From: an uncultured delta proteobacterium
GTDB taxonomy: Bacteria > Myxococcota > Myxococcia > Myxococcales > Myxococcaceae
Assembly (NCBI GenBank): GCA_963713045.1
Contig: CAVQKE010000003.1
Location: 544,001-608,000 of the forward strand
Length of the DNA stretch: 64,000 nucleotides
Direction of reading: 5' to 3'
A program made the position numbers and the translations under genes. Below are positions 1 to 9,928 of the stretch, in pieces (position 1 is the first letter of the stretch; each line of letters begins with the position of its first letter). The notes below the pieces were generated by a model. It did no database searches. It was not told the DNA's origin and was given only the letters and a program-made list of their open reading frames with translations.

Positions 1-291
1 CTGTCCCAAGGAATTCACTTCGTAGGCTGTAATCGTCGCGTTGATGACGAAGGCGTCCACCACCGCGCCGCTGACTTTCGTTGCGTTCGACGAGGGCGTG
101 GGGTTGGGGCTGGTGGAACTGCAGGCCGCGAGGCCAAGGACGAGGGCAATCGCCGGAGAGAAGGCCCCCCCAAGCGCCCAGACATGCTGCTCTGGATGCG
201 CGCCCTTCGACTCGAAGGGTGGGAGGGCAGTTCCTCCGTGGATTTGCCCCGACTCGCCCCGTTGGTTGCGACTGCCAAACACTGTCGTCAT
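1..291 (-). CDS. Putative lipoprotein, N-terminal part (runs off the left edge)
   Basis: Not in the ORF track. My translation of the open minus frame gives ...AFSPAIALVLGLAAC SSTSPNPTPSSNATKVSGAVVDAFVINATITAYEVNSLGQ: hydrophobic stretch, LAAC lipobox, S/T/P linker and a beta-rich start. The ATG at 291 is the nearest in-frame ATG; true start uncertain. Confidence 0.6.
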   Translation of the reverse strand, partial: MTTVFGSRNQRGESGQIHGGTALPPFESKGAHPEQHVWALGGAFSPAIALVLGLAACSSTSPNPTPSSNATKVSGAVVDAFVINATITAYEVNSLGQ

Positions 292-488
292 CAATGACCC
301 CCCGCTTCGGAACGACGTCGCCGACACCGGCGACGGTTTCTCTTCCACCGGACTACACGCTCGAGCGGTGCGTTTCCCCTCAGTCACAGCGTCGAGCGGA
401 TGACTCGGCCGGTGCCGGGGGAGGGTCCGACAGCCGAATTCGAGTCAATTCAAGCCGTTGTTGTCGAGGGGGGGCAGCCGTGCTGCAG

Positions 489-1454
489 TCAGCCGACGCG
501 CAGCACCAGGTGGCCCACGGTGCGGCCCTCTTCCAGCGCGCGGTGGGCCGTCGCCACCTCTTCCAGCGGTAGGCGCAGGCCCAGCATGCAGCTGAGGGTG
601 CCCGCCGCCACGTCACTCACCAACTCCTGAAGGGCCGAGCGGTTGGCGCCCTGAGGAAGCGGGGCAGCGAGCGAGAAGGCACTTACCTTGAGGGCGTGCG
701 GGTAGAGTTTCTCCACGGCTACCTGCGCGGGTTGCCGGGCAAAGCCTCCAAAAAACACGAGGTGACCGAAGGGCGCGAGGCAGCGCAGGCTGGCTTCGAC
801 CGTTGTGCGCCCCACCCCGTCGAGCAACAGATGGACGCCGCCGCCACCGTTGAGGGCGCGCACCGTCGAAGCCAAGTCGTCTGGTGACACCAGCACCGCG
901 TCCGCGCCCAACTGTCGGGCGACGTCTGCGCCTTCCTGGGAGGTGGCGGTGCCAAGCACACGCGCCCCTGTGGCCTTGGCCAGCTGGAGGACGAAGAGTC
1001 CGACGTCTCCAGCAATGTCCTGTACCAGCACCGTCGTGTCTTCCGTGACGTGCTCCACGGTATGCAGGAGGTGGTAGGCGGTGAGGCCCGGAAAGGGCAA
1101 CACCGCAGCCACTTCAAAGTCCACCGCTTCGGGTAACACCACCACGTCCGCCGCAGGCAGCCGCACCAACTCAGCCTGAGAGGCAGGCGCGAGGCCCACC
1201 GCCCGCAGCCCCCGCAGCGCAGGGTTGACGCCGAGGCCCACTGCGGCAATGACGCCCGCCGCTGCGGTGCCGAGGATGGCGGGTAGGGCCAGCGGATTCA
1301 GGGTGTGTCCGCTTCTCTCCCGGGCGTCTTCGGCATGCACCCCCGCTGCACGGACACGCAGAAGCACCTCGCCCGGCCCGGGTTTCGGCTCCGGGACGTC
1401 ATCCAGCCGCAGCACTTCTGGCCCACCATGCCGGTCAATGCGAACGGCTTTCAT
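489..1454 (-). CDS. NADPH:quinone oxidoreductase (MDR / zeta-crystallin family)
   Basis: MKAVRIDRHGGPEVL start, P.PGPGEVLLRVRAAGV, LTAYHLL, AGDVGLFVLQLAK nucleotide-binding region, C-terminal AHRALEEGRTVGHLVL. Confidence 0.9.
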   Translation of the reverse strand: MKAVRIDRHGGPEVLRLDDVPEPKPGPGEVLLRVRAAGVHAEDARERSGHTLNPLALPAILGTAAAGVIAAVGLGVNPALRGLRAVGLAPASQAELVRLPAADVVVLPEAVDFEVAAVLPFPGLTAYHLLHTVEHVTEDTTVLVQDIAGDVGLFVLQLAKATGARVLGTATSQEGADVARQLGADAVLVSPDDLASTVRALNGGGGVHLLLDGVGRTTVEASLRCLAPFGHLVFFGGFARQPAQVAVEKLYPHALKVSAFSLAAPLPQGANRSALQELVSDVAAGTLSCMLGLRLPLEEVATAHRALEEGRTVGHLVLRVG

Positions 1455-1583
1455 GGAACCCCGGGGCCCGGGCGGCCCCCGTGAAAACTGCCGGCCTTGT
1501 ACCTGTCCACGTCCGACAATCGCTGGTGCGCAGCCCACTGGCTGATGGGTGCGCGCATCCCTTTCAAGCGCGGTGCCCCGACT

Positions 1584-2414
1584 TCAAGTGCGCGAAGGGT
1601 AAACGCCGAAGATACAGATGGAATAGGTGAGGCCGTTCGGTGCGGCGCCGCGCAGGTCGGGGAGGGCAAAGGTGGTCGTCCCGTTGCCACCGTACAGCGT
1701 CCCCAACAGGGAGAACACTGCCGTGTACTGGCTGATGGGCAACACCTGCCCCTGCGCCGGCAGCCCGTTCGCGACGCTACCCGCGGTGAGAATGATTTCC
1801 CCAAGCGTGCAGGTCGTTCCATTTCCCTCCGCGGCCATGCTTGTGTTGTTGCCGAAGCGCGGGTCGGGCCCGGGCGGACCCGCTGGACCCTGTGCCCCAG
1901 CCGGGCCCTGCGGCCCGGGCAAGCCAGTGGCCCCTGCCGGGCCAGCTGGGCCCGCCGCGCCGGCTGAGCCCTGAGGCCCTGGGGGTCCCTGAGGCCCCGT
2001 CGCACCCATCGCGCCCACAGCTCCGGGAGGGCCCGCCGGCCCTGGTGGCCCCGCAGGGCCAGGGGAGCCAAGTCCGCCCACCGAAATGATGAAGTCCAGC
2101 GATTGTCCGTCCGCGGTGGCCAGCGTCAGCAGGTAGCTCCCTGCCTCGGTGCCCGACGGCACGTCAATCACCACCACCGTCGGTGACCAAGACGCGACGG
2201 TGGCAGACGCTGCACCGAAGCGTACCGTCCCGGTGCGCCGCCCGAAGTTGTCGCCGGTGATGAAGGCCTGCGTCAGGCCAGCGTTCGCGTCGGCGCTGAA
2301 AATAATTGGCTCGCGCCGACCGCCGAAAACGGGATGGTCGTCATCCGCAGCGGCCGAGACCGGTCCGAGTGCGACCAGAAGAAACACAAGACACGTCAAT
2401 TTCTTGTTGGGCAT
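1584..2414 (-). CDS. Secreted protein: signal peptide + IPT/TIG-like domain + collagen Gly-X-Y repeat + phage tail-collar domain
   Basis: Signal [43 protein letters not shown] (IPT/TIG-like); about 23 GXY triplets; [41 protein letters not shown] tail-collar motif. Confidence 0.85.
   Translation of the reverse strand: MPNKKLTCLVFLLVALGPVSAAADDDHPVFGGRREPIIFSADANAGLTQAFITGDNFGRRTGTVRFGAASATVASWSPTVVVIDVPSGTEAGSYLLTLATADGQSLDFIISVGGLGSPGPAGPPGPAGPPGAVGAMGATGPQGPPGPQGSAGAAGPAGPAGATGLPGPQGPAGAQGPAGPPGPDPRFGNNTSMAAEGNGTTCTLGEIILTAGSVANGLPAQGQVLPISQYTAVFSLLGTLYGGNGTTTFALPDLRGAAPNGLTYSICIFGVYPSRT
1864..2078 (-). repeat. Collagen-like (Gly-X-Y)n coding repeat, about 23-24 triplets
   Basis: [33 protein letters not shown]...GPAGPPGPD, uninterrupted. 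Confidence 0.9.
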
Positions 2415-2610
2415 GCGCCCCCCTTTGGTTGCAAGCAGCCTTTGCGCGACCCCTCAGCCTTGTGGCTTCGAGGCACAGCGGTCAAGCCGCGCCGCCCCAA
2501 CACCCTCTGCCGTCCGTCCCCATTTGGAACGGACAAGGGCTGAAGGAAACCCCGCTTGGGAAACCACCGGCCCAAGGGGAACCACCCCCTCACACCCCAG
2601 GCCCCAGACG

Positions 2611-3813
2611 CTAGGCGTCGCGCTCGGTGAATTCGGCACTCACCTCCTGCAGCTCACGCGCGCTGATGCCGAGCAGGTACAGAATGGCATCCAGGCCGCC
2701 CGCGGTGATGGACGTGTCTGCCGCCTCGCGCAGCTTCCACTTCGCGTGGAAGGCGATGCCCAGGCCGGCCCGTTCAAGCATCAGCAAGTCATTGGCTCCA
2801 TCGCCGACGGCGATGACTTGGTCGAGCAGCACGCCTTCGGCCTGGGCGATGGTTTCGAGGAGTTCGGCCTTTCGACGGGCGTTGACCAGGGGGCCCACCA
2901 CGCGGCCCGTCAGCTTGCCGTTGGCCACTTCCAGGGTGTTGGCATAGGCGTAGTCCAGGCCGAGCCGTGCTTTCAGGGCGTCCGCGGCGATGGAGAAGCC
3001 GCCGGAAATGACAGCGATGTGATAGCCGAGCCGCTTCAGCACCCGCACCATGGTTTCTGCGCCTTCGGTCAGAGGCAGCTCCGCTGCCAGCCGCCGTAGG
3101 ACGGCGACGTCGAGGCCCTCCAGCAACTTCAGCCGCTGGCGGAGAGAGTCGTCGAAGTCCAACTCCCCCTGCATGGCGCGCTCGGTAATGGCCCGCACTT
3201 TGTCCGCCACCCCGGCCGCGCGGGCCAACTCATCAATGACTTCAATGCGGATGAGGGTACTGTCCATGTCCATCACCACCAGCCGCTTACTCCTGCGGAA
3301 GATTCCTTCGCGCTGCAGCGCGACGTCGAAGGTCCCCCGCATGGCCAACTCGAGCAGCGCGCGCTTCAGCGGCTCCGGGTCCTGCCCGGACGGCAGTCCC
3401 AGTTGGATTTCCACCGAGCCAAGCGCACCCTGAGACAGCCGTTGGATTCTCTCGATGTTGGCGCCGTATGCGGCCAGCGCCGAGGACACCTGGAAAAGCT
3501 CCCGGGCGCCCAGCTGAGGCCCGATGGCGGTGGCGACGTAGCGCTGCGCCGGAGGCTCAGCGCTGGTGTGGGCGTCCACGGGCTCGAAGTCCAGCTCCAC
3601 CCCGAGGGACTTAGCGGCGAAGAGCAACTCCTTGAGGAGGCCCCGGTCCGCCTTCAAGGCCACCAGCAGGGCCAGTGTCAGCTGCCCCTGCACCACCACC
3701 TGCTCAATGTCCAAAAGCTGCGCCTCGGCCTCAGCAATGAGGCCGGTCAGACGCGCGGTGATGCCGGGGTGGTCCGGGCCAGTGACGGTGATGAGGACGT
3801 GGGTCTGGGTCAT
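2611..3813 (-). CDS. serB: Phosphoserine phosphatase with two N-terminal ACT domains
   Basis: ACT start LITVTGPDHPGIT; HAD motifs MDMDSTLI, ISGGF and AVGDGANDL. Confidence 0.95.
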   Translation of the reverse strand: MTQTHVLITVTGPDHPGITARLTGLIAEAEAQLLDIEQVVVQGQLTLALLVALKADRGLLKELLFAAKSLGVELDFEPVDAHTSAEPPAQRYVATAIGPQLGARELFQVSSALAAYGANIERIQRLSQGALGSVEIQLGLPSGQDPEPLKRALLELAMRGTFDVALQREGIFRRSKRLVVMDMDSTLIRIEVIDELARAAGVADKVRAITERAMQGELDFDDSLRQRLKLLEGLDVAVLRRLAAELPLTEGAETMVRVLKRLGYHIAVISGGFSIAADALKARLGLDYAYANTLEVANGKLTGRVVGPLVNARRKAELLETIAQAEGVLLDQVIAVGDGANDLLMLERAGLGIAFHAKWKLREAADTSITAGGLDAILYLLGISARELQEVSAEFTERDA

Positions 3814-3908
3814 GGGAGGCGCCGGGGGCCATAGCAGCGGGGCCACGGCGCGTCGAGTCGGGGCACGGCCCTCTTGCGCCGGGGCCGCTGGTCGGGTGAG
3901 GGTCGCTC

Positions 3909-4655
3909 ATGGTGGACGTCGCGACGCGGCTGGGGCCACTCGAGGCCCGGGTGGTCCAAGCCGATGTGAAGGTGCGCCCGGAGTTGGCGGTGGTGCTGTG
4001 CCACGGCTTCGGCGCCTCAGGGACGGACCTGGTGCCGCTCGCCTCGGACCTTCTCGCCCGCGCCCCGGCGCTGGGCAGCCGCGTCCGTTTCGTCTTTCCT
4101 GTGGGCCCGGTGGCGCTGCCGGAATTTGGAGGAGGCGACGCTCGGGCCTGGTGGCCCATTGACTGGGAGGCCAACCTCGCCCTGCGCGCCGCGGGCGCCG
4201 CTGGCCAAGCGAAGCTGCGAGGACATGTCCCGGACGGCTTGGCGCAGGCCCGCCGCCAGCTTGCTGCCTGCCTCGAGGATGTGTCCAACACGTCCGGGCT
4301 GGGTGCTGGCCGGGTGGTGCTTGGCGGCTTCAGCCAGGGGGCGATGGTGACCACCGACCTCGCCCTTCGCCAGGACGAGGCGCCGGCGGCCCTGGTCATT
4401 CTGTCCGGCACGCTGACCGCCGAGGCGGAGTGGCGCAGCCGCGCGCCGCGCCGCAAGGGCCTCCGGGTGCTTCAGTCGCACGGGCGGCAGGACCCCATTC
4501 TCCCCTTCGCCGGTGCCGTGGCGTTGCGCGACTTGCTCCAGGACGCCGGCCTGATGGTGGACTTTTTGCCCTTTGACGGGCCGCACACCATTCCCGAGGA
4601 GGCGCTGCAGCACCTGAGCGCCCTCCTCATTTCACTGTTACCGCCCAAGCCATGA
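3909..4655 (+). CDS. Phospholipase/carboxylesterase (alpha/beta hydrolase)
   Basis: CHGFGA, GFSQG nucleophile elbow, HGRQDPILP, FDGPHTI. Confidence 0.9.
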   Translation: MVDVATRLGPLEARVVQADVKVRPELAVVLCHGFGASGTDLVPLASDLLARAPALGSRVRFVFPVGPVALPEFGGGDARAWWPIDWEANLALRAAGAAGQAKLRGHVPDGLAQARRQLAACLEDVSNTSGLGAGRVVLGGFSQGAMVTTDLALRQDEAPAALVILSGTLTAEAEWRSRAPRRKGLRVLQSHGRQDPILPFAGAVALRDLLQDAGLMVDFLPFDGPHTIPEEALQHLSALLISLLPPKP

Positions 4656-5494
4656 CCGACCGCCTTCGCCGCTTCACCGGGACCGCCAGCTACCTCACCA
4701 GCCCTGCCCTGCAGGCAGCGGTGAATTGCGCGCTCGCCCTGGAGCGGCCTCTGTTGGTGAAGGGAGAACCGGGGACGGGCAAGACGCTGCTGGCCGACGC
4801 CATCGCCAGCGCGCTCGGCGCGAAGCTTTGGACTTGGAATGTGAAGAGCACCACCCGGGCCCAGGACGGGCTGTACGTCTACGACACCGTGCAGCGCCTC
4901 TACGACAGCCGCTTCGGAGACGGCGACGTGCGCGACATCCGGCGCTACATCCGTTTCGGGCCACTGGGGGAGGCCTTCCGAAGCCCCGAGCGGGTGGTGC
5001 TGCTCATCGACGAGGTGGACAAAGCCGACCTCGAATTTCCCAACGACTTGCTTCATGAGTTGGACCGCATGCGGTTCCGAATTCTGGAGACGGACGAGGA
5101 GGTGGAGGCCAGGGCGCGACCGGTGGTGGTGGTGACCAGCAACAATGAGAAAGAGTTGCCCGACGCCTTCCTCCGCCGCTGCGTCTTCCACTTCATCGAC
5201 TTCCCGGAACGCGAGTTGATGGAGCGCATTGTCCGGGTCCACCACCCGAAGCTGGAGGAGGCACTCGCCCAGCAAGCCCTCGACGTCTTCTACCAGCTGC
5301 GGGATTTGACGCGTCTGCGCAAGCGTCCGAGCACCAGCGAACTGGTCGATTGGCTGGCGGTTCTCAAATCCGCCGGAGTGAAGGAACTCAAACTGGACGA
5401 GGCGCTTCCCTTCGTCGGCGCCCTGTTGAAGCGTGAGCAGGACCTCCTCGTCTTTCACGAGTCCCTGGCCGCCGGGCGCCGGCCCCGGGCCTGA
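4652..5494 (+). CDS. MoxR-family AAA+ ATPase
   Basis: Walker A GEPGTGKT, Walker B LLIDEVDKAD, TSNNEKELPDAFLRRC; ATGA overlap with the upstream gene. Confidence 0.93.
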   Translation: MTDRLRRFTGTASYLTSPALQAAVNCALALERPLLVKGEPGTGKTLLADAIASALGAKLWTWNVKSTTRAQDGLYVYDTVQRLYDSRFGDGDVRDIRRYIRFGPLGEAFRSPERVVLLIDEVDKADLEFPNDLLHELDRMRFRILETDEEVEARARPVVVVTSNNEKELPDAFLRRCVFHFIDFPERELMERIVRVHHPKLEEALAQQALDVFYQLRDLTRLRKRPSTSELVDWLAVLKSAGVKELKLDEALPFVGALLKREQDLLVFHESLAAGRRPRA

Positions 5495-5501
5495 CGTCCC
5501 C

Positions 5502-6710
5502 ATGTTTGTCGGCTTTCTCTATGAGCTTCGCCGCCGGAAGGTGCCGGTGGGGACGCAGGAAGCGGTGGCGCTCGCTCAGGCGCTGGAAGCCGGACTGCAC
5601 GACAGCTCGCTCGATGGCTTTTATGACGTAGCGCGCTCACTGCTGGTCCACAGCGAGGCCCACCTCGACGCATTTGACCAGGCCTTCCTGGCGCACTTCC
5701 AAGGCATCGAAGACAGCGGCGCGGCGCTGGCGGAGGAACTGCTCGGCTGGCTGGCGGAGGCCGCCGCAAAAGACGCCGCGGAACGAACGCCCGAAGAGGT
5801 GGAGGCGCTGGCGGTCCTTGAGCCCGAGGCGCTCCGCCGCCTCTTCGAGACGCGGATGCGCGAGCAGGAGCGCCGCGCCAGGGAGGGACAGGGGCCGGAG
5901 GGCGCAGGGCGAGGCGGCCGGCGCGGGGCTGGGCCGAAGGCCAATGGCGCAGAGGCGTCCGACGGCGAGGGCGGCCTTCGAGGAGCACTGAAGACGGCCG
6001 ACGCTCGGCTGTACCGCGGCTACCGAGACGACCGTGTCTTGGACACCCGCTCCCTGGCGATGGCGCTGCGCAAGCTGCGGGCCTTCCAGCGGGAAGGGGC
6101 CTTCGAGGAGTTGGACTTGCCCGCCACCATCGACGCCACCGCTCGCAACGCGGGCGAGCTGGAAGTCATCCTCCGCCCACCGCGCAAGCCCAGCACCCGC
6201 GTCCTTCTGCTGATGGACGTGGGCGGCTCGATGACCCCGCACGCCCATCTGGTGAACCGACTCTTCAGCGCCGCCCGGAAGGCAACCCACTCTCGTGAGC
6301 TACGCACGCATTACTTCCACAACTGCGTCTACGGCAGGGTGTACCGTACCGAGGGCTTCGCGGAGCCAGTCCCGGTGCCCGAGCTGCTCGCCGACTGCGG
6401 CCCCCACTGGAAACTGGTGCTGGTGGGGGATGCGTTGATGGCACCCTATGAATTGATGCTGCGCTCGGGGGCGCAGGGGCACTACTCCCCGGACGGCATG
6501 GAGGGCATCGTCTGGATGATGCAGCTGCAGCAGCACTTTGAGCGGAGCGCGTGGCTCAACCCGGAGCCTCCGGCCAGCTGGTGGTCGCCCACCATCCGGA
6601 CGCTGCGAAGCCTGTTCCCGATGTTTCCCCTCACCGTGGAGGGCCTCGGAGAGGCGGTGGCCCAGCTGACGCGCGGCGGGGTGCGCAAAGGCCCCACCGT
6701 CCGTCGCTAG
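5502..6710 (+). CDS. VWA-domain protein (CoxE-like MoxR partner)
   Basis: MIDAS-like LLMDVGGSM, YFHNCVY, VGDALMAPYEL, WLNPEP; directly follows the MoxR gene. Confidence 0.88.
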   Translation: MFVGFLYELRRRKVPVGTQEAVALAQALEAGLHDSSLDGFYDVARSLLVHSEAHLDAFDQAFLAHFQGIEDSGAALAEELLGWLAEAAAKDAAERTPEEVEALAVLEPEALRRLFETRMREQERRAREGQGPEGAGRGGRRGAGPKANGAEASDGEGGLRGALKTADARLYRGYRDDRVLDTRSLAMALRKLRAFQREGAFEELDLPATIDATARNAGELEVILRPPRKPSTRVLLLMDVGGSMTPHAHLVNRLFSAARKATHSRELRTHYFHNCVYGRVYRTEGFAEPVPVPELLADCGPHWKLVLVGDALMAPYELMLRSGAQGHYSPDGMEGIVWMMQLQQHFERSAWLNPEPPASWWSPTIRTLRSLFPMFPLTVEGLGEAVAQLTRGGVRKGPTVRR

Positions 6711-6793
6711 CCTCCCTGGGCGCAGCCGCGTTCTGGCCTCAGGCCGAGGGGGGACTCGCCTGTCTGGCGCTTTGGGTAGGCTAGCGGCCGCGC

Positions 6794-7528
6794 ATGGCGC
6801 TCGAACGGCTGCCGCTGGACGACCGGAGCTGGCTTTTGGTGCTGACCGGTGCGGGCGTCTCCGCCGAAAGCGGCGTCCCCACCTTTCGCGGCATTGACGG
6901 GCTGTGGCGCAGCATTCCGGTGGAAGAGGTGGCCTCGCCGGAGGGCTTCGCCTTGGACCCGGCGCGGGTGTGGGAATTCTATTCCGAGCGACGCGCTCGG
7001 GCCGGCGAGGTGGAGCCCAATGCAGGCCACATCGCGCTGGCCCAGGCCGAGGCGCGCCTTCTGGACCGCTTCCTCCTGGTCACCCAAAACGTGGACGGGC
7101 TGCACCGCCGGGCCGGAAGTCGCCGGTTGGTGGAGCTGCACGGCAACCTCTTCACCAGCCGCTGCAGCAAGTGCACCCGTCCACCGTTTGCCGACGCCAC
7201 CGTCTACCCGGCCGGCACGGTGCCCAGCTGTGACGTTTGCGGCGCGCGGCTGCGCCCGGACATTGTCTGGTTCGGGGAAATGCTGGAGGAGCGAAACCTG
7301 GCCACCATCGAGGCCTTTTTGGCCGAGGCCCAGGGCGCGCCCCTGTACTTCGTCGCCGCCGGCACTTCCGGTGCGGTGTACCCGGCGGCGGGGCTGGTGG
7401 ACGTCGCGCGGCGCGCGGGGGCGAAGAGTTGGCTGGTGAATGTCGACGCCGCGGACAATGCGCAGGCGTTTGACACCGTACTCCGGGGCAAAAGCGGTGA
7501 ACTGCTGCCCCGGCTTCTCGGCGACTAG
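6794..7528 (+). CDS. cobB: NAD-dependent protein deacylase (sirtuin)
   Basis: GAGVSAESGVPTFRG, TQNVDGLH, LHGN, CxxC...CxxC, RPDIVWFGE, GTSGAVYPAA. Confidence 0.93.
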   Translation: MALERLPLDDRSWLLVLTGAGVSAESGVPTFRGIDGLWRSIPVEEVASPEGFALDPARVWEFYSERRARAGEVEPNAGHIALAQAEARLLDRFLLVTQNVDGLHRRAGSRRLVELHGNLFTSRCSKCTRPPFADATVYPAGTVPSCDVCGARLRPDIVWFGEMLEERNLATIEAFLAEAQGAPLYFVAAGTSGAVYPAAGLVDVARRAGAKSWLVNVDAADNAQAFDTVLRGKSGELLPRLLGD

Positions 7529-7734
7529 GCGACTCCGCCGGGCGGATGGGCGACTTGCAGCGAATTCTGCCCGACGGACACCACCGACCGGGAAATCCAG
7601 TGGCAGGTGCCGCAGTAGCTGAAAGCGCTGGTGGGCGTGACGCGGAGGTCAAGCGCCCCGGTACAAAGTGGGCAACCGGCCGGGACGGAGATGTCCGCCC
7701 GGGCCTGCCCGCGGTCTAGCGTTCCCTGAATCAT
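7525..7734 (-). CDS. Small putative Zn-ribbon protein
   Basis: 69 aa with CPLC...CGTC; stop overlaps the cobB stop. Confidence 0.6.
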   Translation of the reverse strand: MIQGTLDRGQARADISVPAGCPLCTGALDLRVTPTSAFSYCGTCHWISRSVVSVGQNSLQVAHPPGGVA

Positions 7735-7802
7735 GTCCTGTGCCTAACGCAGCGGCCAGGGGCCGCAACCCCGCCCTTCCGTCCCCCCAAGGGGAGAGGC
7801 CG

Positions 7803-9785
7803 CTAGGGCCGGCGGAAGTGCAAGGGGGCGTACTCGGCCTCGGTGGCTTCGGCGACGCTGATGAAGCCGGCCATGCGCATTTTGCTGAGGAGGTCGCGGT
7901 TGCGGCGCTCCCAGCTGCCGTTCAGCGCGCCGCGCTCGAAGAGGGCGTGGTACTTCAATGGGTTGGGGATGATGGTGGCCAAAAAGACGGCCTGCTGGAC
8001 GCTCAGGTTGTGTGCCGGCACACCGAAGTAGTGCCGTGCGGCTTCGCCAATGCCGTAGACGTTGGGGCCCCACTCAATGATGTTGAGGTAGATTTCCAGC
8101 AGCCGGGACTTGGGCAGCACCGCCTCGAGGGCCAGCGTGAAGAGGGCCTCGCGCACCTTCCGGGCGTACGTCCTCTCCCGGGAGAGGAAGAGGTTTTTCG
8201 CCAGCTGCTGCGTCAGCGTCGAGGCGCCGCGGACTCGGCTGCCCTCAGCGGCGTCGATGATGCTCTCCCTCAGCTCATCGAAGTCAAAGCCCGGGTGGTA
8301 CCAGAACCCGGCGTCCTCGCTGGTGGTGATGGCCCGGCCGACATAGCGCGGCAACTCCTCCAGGGCGACGAAGGAGGGATTCTTGGGTCCCACCCACAGC
8401 TCGCGGGTGCGGCCGAGCGCGTCCACCGGGTGGTAGATGAAGGGGCCGCGGAGGAAGAAGGGGACATTTTTTGAGGCCGCGCGCAGGCCGGTGAGGTCGA
8501 GCTTCGCTTCAACCGTCCAGCGCTCGGGGTCCCGCACCGGGCCCGAGATGCGCACTCGGGCGTCGAGCAGTCCGGGGATGCGCGGGGCTTCGTCGCCGAG
8601 CGAGAGTTGCGGGGGAAGTGCGTCGACGGCGTCCTGGTAGCGGAGCTGGTCGACCTTGGCTTCCGCCCGGAACGTCGGGCCGTCAGCGTGCCCCTCGTAC
8701 ACGCCCTCCACGCCCACCCGGAGGGAGTCGTTCTCGCCAAAGGCAACATGCCCCTCGCGCAGGTGGACTTCGCGCGTCGAGCGCTCGAAGTCCAAGTTGC
8801 CAGTCATCGACAGACGCCAGGGCCCAACCGGTTCAGTGGACAGCCGCTTGCCTTCGAGGACCAGGCCGTCGAGGTGGCCCTCCACCTTGGCTTCTCCGCG
8901 GCGAAGGTCCGCCGGCAGCTGGCCAGTCAGGTGTCCGGAGAGGGTGCCGGCCGTGGCGCGCAGCCCCATCCGGTGGCCCAACATCTCCACCACCGGTTCG
9001 AGCGGCATGACGGTGAGCCAGGCCTCCAGTTGCACTGGAATGTCCCGGCCCATCCGCGCGACGCTGCGCAGCTCTCCACCCCCATGGCGCTGCAGGGACA
9101 TGTCCACCACCCGGGCTCCGGGGCCGCCGTGCACGTCCAGCTGGGCGTCCCAAGTCCCCAGCTCGAGCGGCTTTCCGTCGGCCGCGGACACCATGTCCAG
9201 GCGGAGGTCCTCCGCCTCCAGGCGCGGAACGCGCGCGCTGCCTCCGGCCGAGGGCGTCTCGGTGGCGTTGGACGGGCGCGCTCGGGATTCAATGCGCTCC
9301 ACCAGGGCCCGCAGTCCGGACAGGTGCTCGCCGGGCCGCACCGTCACCGTCTTCAGCTCGACCACGCCTGGCTCCAGCCGGCCGGCCAGGAGGGCCCCCC
9401 ACGCCGGCCGCACCCGGACACGCTCCACCTCCAACACCACGCCCTGGCCGGGGACCGGGGCAATCCGCACCGGCCCGAATGCAACGTGCAGCGACCAGTC
9501 GACGCCGGTGCCGCTGCCGAGTTCCACCTCGCCCAGCCGCGCCGAGAGCGCCGACTCCACCTTGGCCTGCAGTCGCGCCCGCACCCAGTCAGAGTTGAGG
9601 ACCAGGTGCGAGCCAGCCACCAGCAGCAACACTGCAAGGATGGCCAAAAGGGCGCGGCGAATGCGCCGCGCCCGACGCCGCTTTCGGCGCGCCGCCCGTC
9701 GGACGCTGGAAGCCGAGGGCGGCGTCGAGACGTTCGCCGGCTTCGGCGGAGGGGCGGTGGAAGGGATTTTGAGAGCCGGCCGCAT
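7803..9785 (-). CDS. Membrane-anchored protein with C-terminal GT51 peptidoglycan transglycosylase domain
   Basis: Basic N-terminus + TM helix, long beta-rich middle, GT51 motifs SEDAGFWYHPGFD, GASTLTQQLAKNLFL, RKVREA, EIYLNIIEWG; no transpeptidase domain. Confidence 0.9.
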   Translation of the reverse strand: MRPALKIPSTAPPPKPANVSTPPSASSVRRAARRKRRRARRIRRALLAILAVLLLVAGSHLVLNSDWVRARLQAKVESALSARLGEVELGSGTGVDWSLHVAFGPVRIAPVPGQGVVLEVERVRVRPAWGALLAGRLEPGVVELKTVTVRPGEHLSGLRALVERIESRARPSNATETPSAGGSARVPRLEAEDLRLDMVSAADGKPLELGTWDAQLDVHGGPGARVVDMSLQRHGGGELRSVARMGRDIPVQLEAWLTVMPLEPVVEMLGHRMGLRATAGTLSGHLTGQLPADLRRGEAKVEGHLDGLVLEGKRLSTEPVGPWRLSMTGNLDFERSTREVHLREGHVAFGENDSLRVGVEGVYEGHADGPTFRAEAKVDQLRYQDAVDALPPQLSLGDEAPRIPGLLDARVRISGPVRDPERWTVEAKLDLTGLRAASKNVPFFLRGPFIYHPVDALGRTRELWVGPKNPSFVALEELPRYVGRAITTSEDAGFWYHPGFDFDELRESIIDAAEGSRVRGASTLTQQLAKNLFLSRERTYARKVREALFTLALEAVLPKSRLLEIYLNIIEWGPNVYGIGEAARHYFGVPAHNLSVQQAVFLATIIPNPLKYHALFERGALNGSWERRNRDLLSKMRMAGFISVAEATEAEYAPLHFRRP

Positions 9786-9928
9786 GCAGGGGGATTTCTA
9801 CGGCAAACCCCCATTCTAGTGCCCGCACATTGCGGCCGATGGACACCCCCTGGGTGTCTTCTGGGCGACGGACAGGGGGAGCAAAATTTTGTTGCGCGGG
9901 AGGTCGCCCGGGGCGCAGGGTGGGAGGC

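Noticed and set aside
1584..2414. Prophage or eCIS locus suggested by the tail-collar domain
   Set aside because: The gene is isolated among housekeeping genes and has a signal peptide; there are no sheath, tube, baseplate or capsid genes.
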